From contig OX638294.1 of the NCBI GenBank assembly GCA_951812325.1, positions 529,136 through 593,135 on the forward strand: 64,000 nucleotides of DNA. The letters run 5' to 3'. Within the stretch, counting starts at the first letter, position 1; every line of letters begins with the position of its first letter. Shown here one piece after another: positions 10,401-20,166 of the stretch. The translations under genes were made by a program, and so were the position numbers. The DNA comes from an uncultured Thermoanaerobaculia bacterium. Its GTDB lineage: Bacteria; Acidobacteriota; Thermoanaerobaculia; Multivoradales; Multivoraceae. The notes beneath the pieces were generated by a model that searched no databases, was not told the origin of the DNA, and was given only the letters and a program-made list of their open reading frames with translations.

Positions 10401-11685
10401 GCATGAAGAACTCGGCTCCGAAACCGGATCGCCCCGGATCGCGAACCGCCTCCCGGAGTCTTCCGCGGAGCACCTGGCCGACGTAGTAGTGCTGGCCGCA
10501 TTCCCGGCAGAGCGCGAGTTCGAGAGGCGTGGCCTTCGCCTCCTTCTCGCTCTCCCCCTCGTCGTCGCCGCGGTTGAGACGGACGACGTCGCGGCCTTCA
10601 CGGTGGACCAGGAAAGCGCCCTCGAGCGCCCTGAGGAATGCGTGATACCGACTTGCTTCTTCACCACGCTCCTCTTCGCGCTCCGCAAAGACCACGTCTC
10701 CAGACCCGAAGGGCTCGCCAAACAGAGTCTTCGCGAATTTCGCGACTGCCGCCCGGTCTTCCTCTGCCTCACTAGTCGACAGAGTGGCGCTAGTCGCGAT
10801 GCAACGGAACGGCTTGTCGCTGCCTCGACCGCCCTCGCAGATTCGCTGCTTGAGCCGCCGGATCAGCATGGCCATCTCCATCCCCTTGGCGCCCCGATAC
10901 TGGTGCGCTTCATCGAGCACCAGAAAGCGCCAGCGGGAACCTCGACCCTCATCGAAGAGCGGGCTGTCGTCGGGCCGGATCAGCAGGTACTCCAGCATGG
11001 AGTAGTTCGTCAGCAGGATGTGGGGCGGCGAATCCCGCATCTCCTCGCGGAACACGAGTTCTCCCGGAAGCCGACCCTCCTCCCTCGTCTTGCCATGACG
11101 CCATTTGTCTCGGACGTTGTAGGGCGTCTGCCCGATGTACTGGCCGAACGTCGGACGAAAAGCAGATCCCGAGGCCGCAAGCGCCCGGCAGATCTCGCCC
11201 AACCGTTCGCGTTGGTCATTCGCCAGGGCGTTCATCGGATAGAGGATCAGCGCCCGGACACCCCCATCGTCCAGCTCGCCGGAAAGGTGCTGCCGGTACA
11301 GGTGCAGGAGGATCGGATAAAGAAAACTCTCCGTCTTCCCGCTAGCCGTCCCGGTTGCCACCACGGCATTCCGGTCCTCGGCGTGAAGCAGCCTGATCGC
11401 CTGCTCCTGATGCATGTAGAGCGGCTGTTCGATCAGGGCTGGCTCAACGCCGATGCTACGGCCAGGAAACCACTCCCGCGCCAGCACTCGCGCCGAAACG
11501 CCTCGCCGGAAGTCACGGGAGCGTTCAGGAATCGGCCCCTTGAGCAGGGTTCCCTCTTCGCGAAGCGCCTGCTGGAAGGAGGCTCTGAGCGCCGGATCCC
11601 GGAAGAAGAACGAGGTCTTGAGATAAGCCTCGTAGCGACGGCGGATCCGCTCGGGCCATTCGTTGATTTCAAGCGCGCTGGGCAT
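7438..11685 (-). CDS. large DEAH-box superfamily-2 helicase with C-terminal DUF1998/MZB zinc domain
   Basis: Helicase motifs present: motif [12 protein letters not shown], motif [14 protein letters not shown], motif [10 protein letters not shown] and motif [12 protein letters not shown] Cys-rich insert sits between the RecA lobes ([25 protein letters not shown]). The C-terminus [12 protein letters not shown]...[18 protein letters not shown] is the DUF1998 four-Cys signature. The likely start is ATG 11685 ([10 protein letters not shown]), which overlaps the upstream gene's stop by 17 nt. The ORF is open to 11742. Confidence 0.85.
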   Translation of the reverse strand: MPSALEINEWPERIRRRYEAYLKTSFFFRDPALRASFQQALREEGTLLKGPIPERSRDFRRGVSARVLAREWFPGRSIGVEPALIEQPLYMHQEQAIRLLHAEDRNAVVATGTASGKTESFLYPILLHLYRQHLSGELDDGGVRALILYPMNALANDQRERLGEICRALAASGSAFRPTFGQYIGQTPYNVRDKWRHGKTREEGRLPGELVFREEMRDSPPHILLTNYSMLEYLLIRPDDSPLFDEGRGSRWRFLVLDEAHQYRGAKGMEMAMLIRRLKQRICEGGRGSDKPFRCIATSATLSTSEAEEDRAAVAKFAKTLFGEPFGSGDVVFAEREEERGEEASRYHAFLRALEGAFLVHREGRDVVRLNRGDDEGESEKEAKATPLELALCRECGQHYYVGQVLRGRLREAVRDPGRSGFGAEFFMPSEEGNRTLCRRCGLVTSRDLTCDCDAGIKVVRCRTHKDHPDQLRQCEACGYRRGGVGDPVQEIVHGSDGPNAVIATALLELLPEKRRKVLAFADSRQEAAFFAWYAQDSYRRLLDRNLIFRAAREAAAGEGLSIEDLASRLRRIRERAGLFGASETAESHRRCVLTAILGEIVTEERRISLSGVGLVRWTVALPADFSVPPELLAPPWNLTEVEASSLVQYCLSAFPARRALRLPSTEGAPVWRDVSKLPQTAYGLGKPGGRPHVAQWGSRASGLVKHFLPRVLGKNGRDAATALEPSTAAAYGIWKALTAVSTGMLLVREKFDGTFRLGSEWLRLHPVGDDPIWRCDTCTTVTPHFVRGVCPRIGCSGGLHPANPGTFVDNHYRLLYESPSLPPRLRAEEHTAQVAPEKARRLQEKFKNGEVELLSSSTTFEVGVSLGDLDVVFLRNVPPEPFNYVQRVGRAGRGERAGLAVTYCRRNPHDLHHYEDPEASMIRGDVDPPRLHLSNDRIVLRHMAAAVLSGFFHRHRKRFTNVAAFIEDWKAPRAAGDFTTWCEENSTSIESMLIRIVPEGVADAVGLRDRRWIERIGGPDSRLGLAEAEVCSEYLELGEIEATAVARRGYRKAEDVKKRMDTVAGRSTLEFLSRKAVIPKYGFPVDVVELHTRQVRGGGLNVSLQRDLSQAIAEYAPGGKVVANKLEWESCGIRKVSGKEWPVRMYRHDDSRSFEQWTEGSSDAPAQVRKKYLIPRFGFVTPMFRDPKPPRRRAHRVYSTRPFFQGFADADADIAQTRCGLRVSSAASGTLVILCEGHGGRGFLVCRSCGAHSAKRTAKHEAPTGRECRGMLEQFSLGHELVTDVVRMEFPDLRDQWPAYSVAYAVLLGAADAIGVPQNDLNVTIAAGSVPDASAVVLYDNVPGGAGLVTQLDDDDVLMRVLAGARRRVAGGCGCDVSCYGCLRSYRNQFAHPYLDRKQAQKVLDALEIVASGR

Positions 11686-14600
11686 CGAGCCACCCTCGCA
11701 ACCGATCGACGTTGTCCTGATCCACGGCAATCCGCTCCTCATCCACGGAGACCCTCGACCGCCGGATTTCGACGCGAGTCAATCCCGCCTGTTCCAGTTC
11801 GTCCGGGCTGTAGCCGACCTGCCTCCAGACACGGGGCCGTGGTTGCATCCAGGCCTTCGGCGGCGGCACATCCCAGACGCGCAACGGCTTGACCGCATGG
11901 TTCCCGAAGCTCACCAGCAGCGCTCGCTCCTTCGCCGCCGGCCGGGCCACGGCGACGTAGTCCCGGAAGTCCCGAAGGGGCACGCTCACCACCCGCCACT
12001 CTTCAACCAAGGTTGCGGGGTACTTCCTTCGGGTCACCGAGTCGAAGCCGACCCGGACTCTCCCTACCGCTTGAGGCAGACGAAGCTCCAGGCGCCGGCC
12101 CTCCTCGCTGAAGCACTGGAAGTCCTGCCGCTTGCACTCGAACCGGACCGCCTTCCAGGCCCCTGGTTCGCCGGTACCTCCGCGCATCCGCCACCACACT
12201 CGCGGAGGGCGAACAACGATTCGCACGACGCCTGAGGGCGTGGGGATCCGGTACACGGCCCGCTCGCCATCCGGGTCCGGCCTGGTACGGCGAGGACTCC
12301 AGACGGTACCGCCTCGCTTTCGACCTGGCGTTTCGGGCACTCGCCGGCCTCCTCGACCCCGGCTGTCGGCTATCAATTGCACGCTGGCCTCCCGATGCCC
12401 GGTCGCCTCCGGAAGCAGGGCGGTGGAGCGGGTGTAGCTCTCTTCGTTGATCCTGATCTCGCGGAGTTCCTCAAGGAGACGGAATTGGCCGCTGTCGCAC
12501 AAGCCGTCGTCGTCGTAGGCCCGGATGTAGAAGCGGCCCTGGCGACCGGCCAGAACGTCCGGCAGGGACTTCTCGGCCGGGTCGAAGGTCTCGCCGAGCC
12601 AACCGGACTCCCCTTCGGAACCCACGCGGACCTCCCGAACGGTCGAACCGCAGGAGAGGTTGGGGATCGTGCGAAACAGGTCGCCCTGCCGGGAGTCGTC
12701 GAAGACCCGTACGCCGGAGAGCTCGAACGCCGCGCCGACCGGGTCGAGCGGGTATCCCGCGAACCCCACGTCCCCGTCGGTCGCGTCGCCCTTCTCGACT
12801 CGGAAGTAGTGGACCAGGAAGCCATCTCCACAAGGCGACGGCTCCACCGGCGGGACGCCCAGCCGATCCCAGTCCTCGGGGGCGACCACCAGGAAACTGC
12901 CCGGACGCACGCCGCGCACCCGCCGCCCCACGCCGCTCCAATCGGCTGCGGCCCGGAAGATGAGAGGTTTGCTGCCCTCGAACAGAGGCACGTCGAACCC
13001 TACGCCGCCAGCCGTGCGCACCTTGAGGGAGCCACTGCAGGACGGAATCGCGAAGACGCCATCTCGCAGATCGAGTTCCTCGTCATCGAAGACGACCTCC
13101 TGAACGTCCAGACCGTCCGGGGCCGACAGCGCCAGGGCGAAACCCCAGCCGTCGTCACGCTCCCTGCAGATGAGCTCCGGCCGCAGAGAAGGGCGAACCC
13201 TTGTCTCCGGCAGCGGTCCGACCCCGGATCGGACCGGGAGTCCGTCCCTCCGGCCACCGATCTCGGCTACCGGACGACGCGCCGCTGGCTCCTCCGGCGG
13301 AGGCGTCTCCGGAGCGTACGGACGGGGCGCGACTGGAGGTGGATCCGCGTTTGGCCCGGTCCCCGCCGCCTGTCCGACAAGCCGCAGCTCACTCGTCCTG
13401 ATCCGGTTGCAGACGGTTCTGAACGAGGCTTCGCGCAGAGACATGGCCGAAAGACCCTCCAGAAGGTCGAGCAGTCGGGACCAGTCGGACTCAGCGAACC
13501 GGAGAGTCGGCATTCCCGCCTCCGGCGGCGACGGCGTCCCGTTCAGGAACGACCGGCGCCGGGCTTTCGCCTCCGCCACTTCCTTCTCCAGGCGCTCCAC
13601 GCGTCTCCTGGCTCGCGTCAGGTCGTCCGTCTTCCGCTCGACCCGCTCCCTCAAGCGCTTGATCCTGCTGCGGGTGCGCTCCAGATCGCCTTCCAGCGCC
13701 CTCATCTTCTCCAACACGCCGGCCCGCTTGGCCGCGCGCTTGCGGCCGTTCCCGTCGAGCCGCGTAACCGGGTCGTCGACCTCCACCAACGTCGAGAACC
13801 CGGGTGGCGCGGAACGCGCCACACGCGAAGCAGTCGGTCCGCCCGTCATCGGGCGGATCGACTGCAACGGCTGCGGGGGCTTGCGATCCGCGAGTTCGGT
13901 CAATGCCAGGAGCCACGTCGTCAGATCGGGGTGGGTGGCGATTGCCTGGAGAATCAACCACTTGCCCTCCTCCATTGCCCGCCCGAGCTCGACTTCGTCT
14001 TCCTGGTCGAGCAACGGTTCCCTGCGTACCTCTGCCTGGTACAGAGCCGCCGGGTTGAGACCCCGTTCCGGGTCGGCGTCCTCACCCGGCACGCAGGCGT
14101 CGTCCGTCCTCTGGCCTGACGTGCCGTGCCGGGCCAGTCTCCTGCGGGAGTGAGGCAGCGCGGCGCCGACCCGGGGCGCCTCCGGATCGGGTGGAATCCG
14201 CCTCTTCGGAAAAGTCCAGGGATCGGTACTCCCGTCAAGGAGGGGCGACAGGCCACGGACGAGGTCCGGGCGCCTGAGCTTGCGAAGTGCCTTGGCCTGA
14301 ATCTGGCGGATGCGCTCGCGGGTGATGTGGAACCGCTTGCCGACCTCCTCCAGCGTGTGCTCCTCACCCTCGTCGAGGCCGAAACGCATCCGAAGCACCG
14401 TCTCCTCACGCGGTGACAGGGGCCGCAGCAGGTTACCGACCTTCTCGCGCAGGTCAGCCGAGATGACCTCGTCGATCGGCGACGGCGAATTTCTGTCCAC
14501 GATGAAGTCGCCGAGATACAAGTCCTCTGCTCCGGCCAGCGCATCGAGCGACACCGGCTCCTGGCCGATCTCCATGATCTCGCGCACCCTGGCGGCGGCA

Positions 14601-15448
14601 AGACCCATGTGCTCGGCGATCTCCTTGGCCGTCGGGTCGCGGCCGAGCTCCTGGACCAGCGACCGCGAGGTGCGGGTCACCTTGTTGATGTTCTCGACCA
14701 TGTGAACCGGAACACGGATCGTCCGTGACTGGTTGGCGATCGCCCGCGTCACGGCCTGACGGATCCACCACGTGGCGTAGGTCGAGAACTTGTGGCCGCG
14801 GTGGTACTCGAACTTCTCGACCGCTGTCACCAGGCCGATGTTCCCCTCCTGGATCAGGTCCGGGAGCTGCAGGCCCCGGTTCCTGTGCTTACTCGCGATC
14901 GAGCCGACCAGCCGCAGGTTGGACACGATGAATCGATGTCTCGCCGGCTCGCGAACCGCCACGCCACGCTCCACCTTTGCCAACATCTCCCGCAACTCGA
15001 CCCGCGACACGCAGTGGCGCACCTCCAGCGCCCGGAGTTCGTCGTTGCAGTGGCACTCCGGCGCCACCTGAAGCGGGTGGATACCGCCTTCAACGCACCG
15101 GAACCGTTGGCGGATCGACTTGACCAGGGCGACCAGCCGATCGAGGTCGGAGGCGTCAAGCCCCAGCTTGACGATCAATGCCGAACGACGTTCCCCCAGG
15201 CGGCCGAGCTCGCGTTCCATCGCCGAGCGCGCTTCACGGTCATCCTCGATCTCCGCACTCAGGCGGCCCACCGACTGACGGGCGCTCGTCAGAGCCTCGC
15301 CCGCCCGCTCGACTCCTTGCGCAAGCCGGTAGAGCGACCTCAGGGCCCTCGGATTCTCCGCGACCCAGGCAGCCGCAACCGGCTCCTCGTCGACCGGCAG
15401 AGCCTCAAGAGATGGGGATGCACCCTCTGAATCCGCGGATTGCTTCAT
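11669..15448 (-). CDS. sigma70-domain fusion protein: sigma regions 2-3-4, then region 1.2, a coiled coil, and a ~440-aa module shared with the ZorD-like protein
   Basis: The sigma70 core is near-canonical: [118 protein letters not shown] region-1.2-like block follows downstream of it ([31 protein letters not shown]). The C-terminal part aligns with 23085-24360. The likely start is ATG 15448 (MKQSADSEG); the ORF is open to 15559. Confidence 0.8.
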   Translation of the reverse strand: MKQSADSEGASPSLEALPVDEEPVAAAWVAENPRALRSLYRLAQGVERAGEALTSARQSVGRLSAEIEDDREARSAMERELGRLGERRSALIVKLGLDASDLDRLVALVKSIRQRFRCVEGGIHPLQVAPECHCNDELRALEVRHCVSRVELREMLAKVERGVAVREPARHRFIVSNLRLVGSIASKHRNRGLQLPDLIQEGNIGLVTAVEKFEYHRGHKFSTYATWWIRQAVTRAIANQSRTIRVPVHMVENINKVTRTSRSLVQELGRDPTAKEIAEHMGLAAARVREIMEIGQEPVSLDALAGAEDLYLGDFIVDRNSPSPIDEVISADLREKVGNLLRPLSPREETVLRMRFGLDEGEEHTLEEVGKRFHITRERIRQIQAKALRKLRRPDLVRGLSPLLDGSTDPWTFPKRRIPPDPEAPRVGAALPHSRRRLARHGTSGQRTDDACVPGEDADPERGLNPAALYQAEVRREPLLDQEDEVELGRAMEEGKWLILQAIATHPDLTTWLLALTELADRKPPQPLQSIRPMTGGPTASRVARSAPPGFSTLVEVDDPVTRLDGNGRKRAAKRAGVLEKMRALEGDLERTRSRIKRLRERVERKTDDLTRARRRVERLEKEVAEAKARRRSFLNGTPSPPEAGMPTLRFAESDWSRLLDLLEGLSAMSLREASFRTVCNRIRTSELRLVGQAAGTGPNADPPPVAPRPYAPETPPPEEPAARRPVAEIGGRRDGLPVRSGVGPLPETRVRPSLRPELICRERDDGWGFALALSAPDGLDVQEVVFDDEELDLRDGVFAIPSCSGSLKVRTAGGVGFDVPLFEGSKPLIFRAAADWSGVGRRVRGVRPGSFLVVAPEDWDRLGVPPVEPSPCGDGFLVHYFRVEKGDATDGDVGFAGYPLDPVGAAFELSGVRVFDDSRQGDLFRTIPNLSCGSTVREVRVGSEGESGWLGETFDPAEKSLPDVLAGRQGRFYIRAYDDDGLCDSGQFRLLEELREIRINEESYTRSTALLPEATGHREASVQLIADSRGRGGRRVPETPGRKRGGTVWSPRRTRPDPDGERAVYRIPTPSGVVRIVVRPPRVWWRMRGGTGEPGAWKAVRFECKRQDFQCFSEEGRRLELRLPQAVGRVRVGFDSVTRRKYPATLVEEWRVVSVPLRDFRDYVAVARPAAKERALLVSFGNHAVKPLRVWDVPPPKAWMQPRPRVWRQVGYSPDELEQAGLTRVEIRRSRVSVDEERIAVDQDNVDRLRGWLDAQRA
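13796..13862. repeat. twin-hairpin core of the MITE-like family, embedded in-frame in the sigma-fusion CDS
   Basis: The string cccgggtggcgcggaacgcgccacacgcgaagcagtcggtccgcccgtcatcgggcgg matches the core of the 41512 element at about 51 of 61 positions by eye. Both stems are preserved. It is translated as [19 protein letters not shown], against [19 protein letters not shown] in the other copies. Confidence 0.75.
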
Positions 15449-15671
15449 CCTCGTGTCGGTCAGGTTACATGCGATGATGCCATCCGACCACCACGAGCGC
15501 CAGGAACCGAACTGTCCAAGGACTCCAGCCCCTCGTCTCGCGGCGGCGCGCCTGCCCAACGCCGCCGGAGTGCCTTGTGCGGTGCTAACCTGCGTCGCTT
15601 CCTCTCGCTACCGCGCCGATGAACACGATGCCCCTCCCAGCGTGGCCGACCGGCCCGAAGCTGAACCTCTC
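15449..15671. promoter_or_regulatory. divergent control region between the sigma-fusion operon and the zor operon (extent depends on the true zorA start)
   Basis: This is head-to-head gene geometry. The stretch looks locally less GC-rich (ggttacatgcgatgatgccatcc). No convincing -35/-10 pair was identified. Confidence 0.3.
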
Positions 15672-17861
15672 GTGCGTCTGAACCTCGGGGAGGCTTTTGC
15701 CGACTGGATTCTTGAGCTGGCCGGCCTGCTGCGTCACGAGGCAGCTCCCGGGTGGGTCTCGCTCGCGCTCATGGCCGGCCTGTTTGCAGCGCTGATCAGC
15801 TATTCGTGGCGCGCCCGAGGCCTGCTCAGGACCATTGCCGAGAGCAGATCCGTGATCGGCGACACCCACACTGCTTTCGACGACTCCCGGTTCATCGAGA
15901 TCAGCCAGTCCTTCAAGAAGTGGGAGAGCGTCACGAGGCAAACGGCACGTCACCGGCTCGGGGAGGCCTGGCGCGAGTTCGCCGAGACCGTCAATCGCCA
16001 GAAGGGCCTGTTCAACACGGTCAGACCGAGGGAGTTCTTCGACCGCGAACTGCTCCACATGGAGCATCGTTTCTTCGCTCAGCTCCCTGCGCTGTTCGTC
16101 TCCGTTGGGCTCCTGCTCACATTCCTTGGCTTGGTCGCGGCGCTCGACCAGACACGCGGAATCCTCCAGGAAACAGGGGTGGACACCGTGAGCGAAGGGC
16201 TCCGGAACCTGCTCCAGGTCGCCGGCGCAAAGTTCATCATGTCCCTCACCGGCCTCTTCTGCTCCATCGTTTTCGGACTTTGGTTCCGGACGCGCGAGGG
16301 GAAGATCGACGAAGCGCTGCACGGCCTGTGCGCCGACATCGAGCGGGGATTCGAGTACCGGAGCGCCGACAGCTTTCTGCTTGAGAAGGTACTCGAGGTA
16401 CTCGAGGAGCAGGGGACGCACCTCCAGACCTTTAGCACGGAACTCGTCGCCCAGGTGGCGCGGCCCTTGCGGGAGGAAATCCCCCAGGCGATGCGGGACT
16501 CAATTCGGGAAGCGATGGGGCCTGCGCTGGCCAAGTTCGAGGAAGGCGCAGGGAAAGGCCTCGATTCACTGGTCGCAGGCGTGTCGAAAACGATGAGCGG
16601 CGGTGTCCAGGACTCGGCTCGCGCCATCAGCGAGACGATGGACAGGGTGGGCCAGACCTTGAACGACGTCGCCTCCCGGCTGGACGACTCGGCCGTATCC
16701 ATGGGCGGACAGATGGACCATGCAGTCGGCGCGCTCGCCGGCGAAATCCTCTCCCTCAGAACTGCCATGGCCGATTCGACGGAAGCTGCAAGGGAGAACC
16801 TGCAGGACGGCGCGCAAGGGATGCGCGCGACGATGGAAGAAGCGCTCCAGGAGATTCGCAAGAGCACCCAGGCCGGTGCGGATGGCATCGACAAAGCAGC
16901 CACGGCGATGGCCGCGGCAGTGGCCGGTTCAACGCACGCGGCAAGCGAGAACCTGCAGGACGGCGCGCAGGGAATGCGCGCCACGATGGAGGATGCTCTT
17001 CAAGAGATCCGCAAGAGCACTCAGGCCGGCGCGGACGGCATCGACCACGCAGCCACGGCAATGACCGCGGCGGTGGACAAGCTGGCGACCCGAGCTGACG
17101 AGGCGTCGAAGTCGGCGTTCGCCGCGGGGAGCCGGACGATCGAGGAAGCAAGCCTACGTGCTGTCGAGGGCCTGGGAGCATCCGCGGAAGCGGTTTCCCA
17201 GGCGATGAAAGGGATGGCCGGCGATGTTCGCGACCGCGTAGGCGAGGCCTCTTCCGCCATTGGCAGCGACCTGCTCGACCAGTTGAAGGACCTTGCCGCC
17301 GCGATCGGCGAGTTGCAGACCCGGATCACGTCGTCCGTCGGAACCGTCGACCGCTATGCCGAATCCCTCGATAGCGGCACACGCACGATCACCCGGGCGA
17401 CGGCCGGACTGAGCTCCGCGAGTACGGAACTGACGCAGGCCGCCCTCCCTGTTCGCGGCGCGGTGTCGGATCTGGTCGAGGCGAACCGTTCCATGGAACA
17501 GAAGGTCTCGACCACGGCGGAAGCAATGGAGTCGGGCGTTCGCCTGATCACCCAGCAGACTGTTGCCACGTTGAGATCGACGGCAGACGCGGTCCGGAAC
17601 TCTCAGGCCGCCGCGGAGGAAACCCGGAGATCACTTGAACAGGTGACCCGGAAGTTCCAAGATCTGGTCGAGCGGTTCGGCGGTCTCGACCATCGTCTGG
17701 GCGAAGCGTGGAAGAAGCTCGAAGCGGACGCGAGAGCCAGTTTGGCTGAGTTCCGCCGCTTCGAGGAGGAGTTGAACCAGGAGTTCGCCCGGTCGCTCGG
17801 AAAGCTGCAAGAGGTCATCGAGCAAGCGGAGCCCTTCACACCGCGAAACGGAAGGTACTGA
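15453..17861 (+). CDS. zorA: ZorA-like MotA/ExbB-family stator protein with long helical tail
   Basis: TM helices are present ([20 protein letters not shown]; [21 protein letters not shown]; [21 protein letters not shown], MotA/ExbB-like). They are followed by about 500 aa of Ala/Glu/Gln-rich helical tail. The gene lies directly upstream of a MotB/OmpA-like gene. The start is uncertain: GTG 15453 would leave no promoter space, and GTG 15672 (VRLNLGEAF) is an alternative. Confidence 0.75.
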   Translation: MSVRLHAMMPSDHHERQEPNCPRTPAPRLAAARLPNAAGVPCAVLTCVASSRYRADEHDAPPSVADRPEAEPLVRLNLGEAFADWILELAGLLRHEAAPGWVSLALMAGLFAALISYSWRARGLLRTIAESRSVIGDTHTAFDDSRFIEISQSFKKWESVTRQTARHRLGEAWREFAETVNRQKGLFNTVRPREFFDRELLHMEHRFFAQLPALFVSVGLLLTFLGLVAALDQTRGILQETGVDTVSEGLRNLLQVAGAKFIMSLTGLFCSIVFGLWFRTREGKIDEALHGLCADIERGFEYRSADSFLLEKVLEVLEEQGTHLQTFSTELVAQVARPLREEIPQAMRDSIREAMGPALAKFEEGAGKGLDSLVAGVSKTMSGGVQDSARAISETMDRVGQTLNDVASRLDDSAVSMGGQMDHAVGALAGEILSLRTAMADSTEAARENLQDGAQGMRATMEEALQEIRKSTQAGADGIDKAATAMAAAVAGSTHAASENLQDGAQGMRATMEDALQEIRKSTQAGADGIDHAATAMTAAVDKLATRADEASKSAFAAGSRTIEEASLRAVEGLGASAEAVSQAMKGMAGDVRDRVGEASSAIGSDLLDQLKDLAAAIGELQTRITSSVGTVDRYAESLDSGTRTITRATAGLSSASTELTQAALPVRGAVSDLVEANRSMEQKVSTTAEAMESGVRLITQQTVATLRSTADAVRNSQAAAEETRRSLEQVTRKFQDLVERFGGLDHRLGEAWKKLEADARASLAEFRRFEEELNQEFARSLGKLQEVIEQAEPFTPRNGRY
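16794..17075 (+). repeat. in-frame 153-bp (51-aa) tandem duplication inside the ZorA tail
   Basis: [43 protein letters not shown] starts at 16794. [43 protein letters not shown] starts at 16947. There are 3 aa differences in 43. Confidence 0.9.
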
Positions 17862-17867
17862 GAGCGA

Positions 17868-18707
17868 ATGGCGATCGGGTCGCGGGCTCGACGGCGAGGC
17901 GAGGAGCGGCAGGATTCCGCGTTCGTCACGGTCACGGATCTCACTGTCTCCTTCCTGTTCGTCCTCCTCATCCTGCTGGCTTTCTTCGCTTCGGAGTTCC
18001 GACCCGACGAGGAAGAACCGGATGCCGAGCCGGAACCGCTGGCGGCCTACCTTGAGAGCGCAGCCGCAACGCGGCTCCAGATCCTGGAGTTCATCGCGGA
18101 GCGGCTTCGAGCGAACCTCCCCGGCCTTCGTATCAGCGTTGTCGCCGCGGACGGCATCATCCGCTTCCGCAGCGACGAGCTCTTTCGGCCCGGGCAGTGG
18201 AGAATCCCCAAGGGCAGCATGCCCGAACGAGTGGCCCGCGCCCTCGGCGATGCACTGCTCGACACCCTGCCCTGCTACACGATCGGCCCAGCCGCGGCGA
18301 TGCCGCAGGACTGCGAGGACGTGCTTGCCGCGATCGAGACGATTCAGATCGAAGGCCACACCGACGATCTGCCACTCCTGCTGGCCCTCCAGGAGCGCGA
18401 GAGCATGAAGGACAATCTGGATCTCTCGGCGCGGCGCGGGGCGGAGACCCTGCGGGCGATGACTGACGGCTATCGCCCCGAACTGATGGACTACAGGAAC
18501 ATCCGAGGCGAGCCTGTGCTGTCATTCGCCGGCTACGGTTCGATGCGGCCGATCGACGACCGACCGACGGACACCGGAAGGGCCGCAAACCGCAGGGTGG
18601 ACATCCGTTTCATCCTTCAGACGCCGCAGAATCTGGCTCAGATCGAGCGGATCCGAGCGCGGCTCACGGCGCAACGCGAAGGACTGCCGCCCGTGGCAAA
18701 CCGTTGA
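17868..18707 (+). CDS. zorB: ZorB-like MotB/OmpA-family stator subunit (peptidoglycan-binding)
   Basis: 279 aa. It has a single N-terminal TM helix with a conserved acidic residue (FVTVTDLTVSFLFVLLILLAFF). It also has a C-terminal OmpA-like domain (IQIEGHTDDLPL, NLDLSARRGAETLRAM, FAGYGSMRPI, NRRVDIRF). It starts 7 nt after the zorA stop. Confidence 0.8.
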   Translation: MAIGSRARRRGEERQDSAFVTVTDLTVSFLFVLLILLAFFASEFRPDEEEPDAEPEPLAAYLESAAATRLQILEFIAERLRANLPGLRISVVAADGIIRFRSDELFRPGQWRIPKGSMPERVARALGDALLDTLPCYTIGPAAAMPQDCEDVLAAIETIQIEGHTDDLPLLLALQERESMKDNLDLSARRGAETLRAMTDGYRPELMDYRNIRGEPVLSFAGYGSMRPIDDRPTDTGRAANRRVDIRFILQTPQNLAQIERIRARLTAQREGLPPVANR

Positions 18708-18714
18708 CGGCGCT

Positions 18715-20166
18715 TTGGCAATGAGAGGCAAGCGCTTCGACCTGGAAAGCGAGAGTCGGCTCTCTTCCCTGCTCGAGCCGGATCGCCCGGGACAGAACCG
18801 GAGCGGGCGGCAGCCGGCACGGCGGATTGGCGAGCCGGTCGCCCTCCGGCGCGCGGCCCGGCAAGTCGACCAAGCGTATCCCGACATCGATCCCGACGTG
18901 AGGGAGGAAGACCGTGAACAACTGGTCCGCGAGCTCGACCGGCGACAACGGTCGGACGACTGGCGCGACTACACTTGGGCCGATCTGCAGAGGGCTGCCC
19001 GGGCGCTGCTCCAGCCTGGCCAGAGCCGGCAGCGGGGACGCTCTGGCCGGTGGAACATCACGCCCAGCCGCTCAAGAAATGCCCTGCACCAGCAGCCCGC
19101 GTACCGACCGCTCGTTGGGTTCCTGCTCGCACAGGTCGACGAGCAGGCCAAGCCTCGCTTCCTGCGCACGATGTGGCGGCTCTACCTGTCGACCTTCAAT
19201 AGACACTCCTCGCTCACGCAACAACTGGCTCGCCGACTCGATGCCTGTGTTCGGCACACGTTGCTGCCGATTCGGGGGGCAGTGGATCTCGGTATCCTGA
19301 AGCCCAGATCCGCAGTCGAGAACCTCGCCGCCCGGATGGCCGCCGACCCGAGTCCCTTCGAGTTCATCAAGGACATCGGCATCGAAGCGCCCCACGGCGA
19401 GGGATTGATGGCGCAGGTGCACGAACGGTTCGTTCGCCAGCATGGGGCAACGCAACTCCGACGCCACCAGGAAGAAAGCTCTCGCCTGCTTTACTGGATC
19501 GCGCCGCCCAATGCTCGCCCGATGGAAGCAGGGGCCGAACTCGGGATCAATGCCCTGCTCGCTCCCTGGGAGCGCTCCGAACCCGGCCGGGAACTCCGCA
19601 AGAGGCTGGAGACCGCGCTGATTCGCGGATTCGGCGATCCCAGGATCATTCGCACCGGCGCCTGGTCCCGCTCTAGACCCGATGCCCGAGCAGTCATGAT
19701 GCGTTGGCTGGCCGGCGAGACGATCGAGGTCTTCTTCGAGATCATCTCCAAGGCCGTCACGTCCCACATGTGGGCGGATCGCAGAGGTCTCTGGACGGAG
19801 TTGTACCGAGCGAGCCGCATCCACGAGGCGTGGTTCGCGTTGAGTCCTCGCGGTGAGGAAGCGGCGAGAAGGCTCAGAGGGAACCAGGACGTGCCGCTCG
19901 CCTACGGCAGAAACGAATCCCGGAACTCCGGGGACAGGGACAAGTGTCTTCTAGTAATGAGGATCGACCGCGATCGCGTCGTCGTCGAGGGTTCGCACAG
20001 CTTCAAGACTCACGTTTATCGCCGCGGCGACCGCCGGAGTGTCTCGCTATACGAGGACACCTACGATTGCGACAATGTTCGTGACCACGGGCGGACCGGC
20101 CACGCCAACGCCTTCGTCCACCACTCGGCCTGGGAACGGCGAGTTCGCGCGGCGCTTGACGGATGA
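18715..20166 (+). CDS. zorC: ZorC-like protein (candidate EH-signature domain)
   Basis: 483 aa. It sits in the ZorC position between zorB and the SNF2 gene, and its stop overlaps the next start (ATGA at 20163-20166). The C-terminal VVVEGSHSFKTHVY and AFVHHSAWERRV resemble the E-x-SH / H-x-x-W pattern I recall for EH-signature domains. This is not verified by HMM. ATG 18721 is an alternative start. Confidence 0.55.
   Translation: MAMRGKRFDLESESRLSSLLEPDRPGQNRSGRQPARRIGEPVALRRAARQVDQAYPDIDPDVREEDREQLVRELDRRQRSDDWRDYTWADLQRAARALLQPGQSRQRGRSGRWNITPSRSRNALHQQPAYRPLVGFLLAQVDEQAKPRFLRTMWRLYLSTFNRHSSLTQQLARRLDACVRHTLLPIRGAVDLGILKPRSAVENLAARMAADPSPFEFIKDIGIEAPHGEGLMAQVHERFVRQHGATQLRRHQEESSRLLYWIAPPNARPMEAGAELGINALLAPWERSEPGRELRKRLETALIRGFGDPRIIRTGAWSRSRPDARAVMMRWLAGETIEVFFEIISKAVTSHMWADRRGLWTELYRASRIHEAWFALSPRGEEAARRLRGNQDVPLAYGRNESRNSGDRDKCLLVMRIDRDRVVVEGSHSFKTHVYRRGDRRSVSLYEDTYDCDNVRDHGRTGHANAFVHHSAWERRVRAALDG

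Noticed and set aside
7438-15448. Classifying the helicase operon as DISARM or Druantia because of the DUF1998 domain
   Set aside because: There is no adjacent methyltransferase, no PLD-family DrmC and no separate DrmB or DruA-D/H-like gene. The only neighbours are the sigma fusion and the zor genes.
11669-15448. The sigma70-containing ORF as the housekeeping rpoD
   Set aside because: Region 1.2 lies after region 4, and no region 1.1 is recognisable. About 800 non-sigma residues follow, including a module shared with the SNF2 protein. The housekeeping gene is presumably elsewhere.
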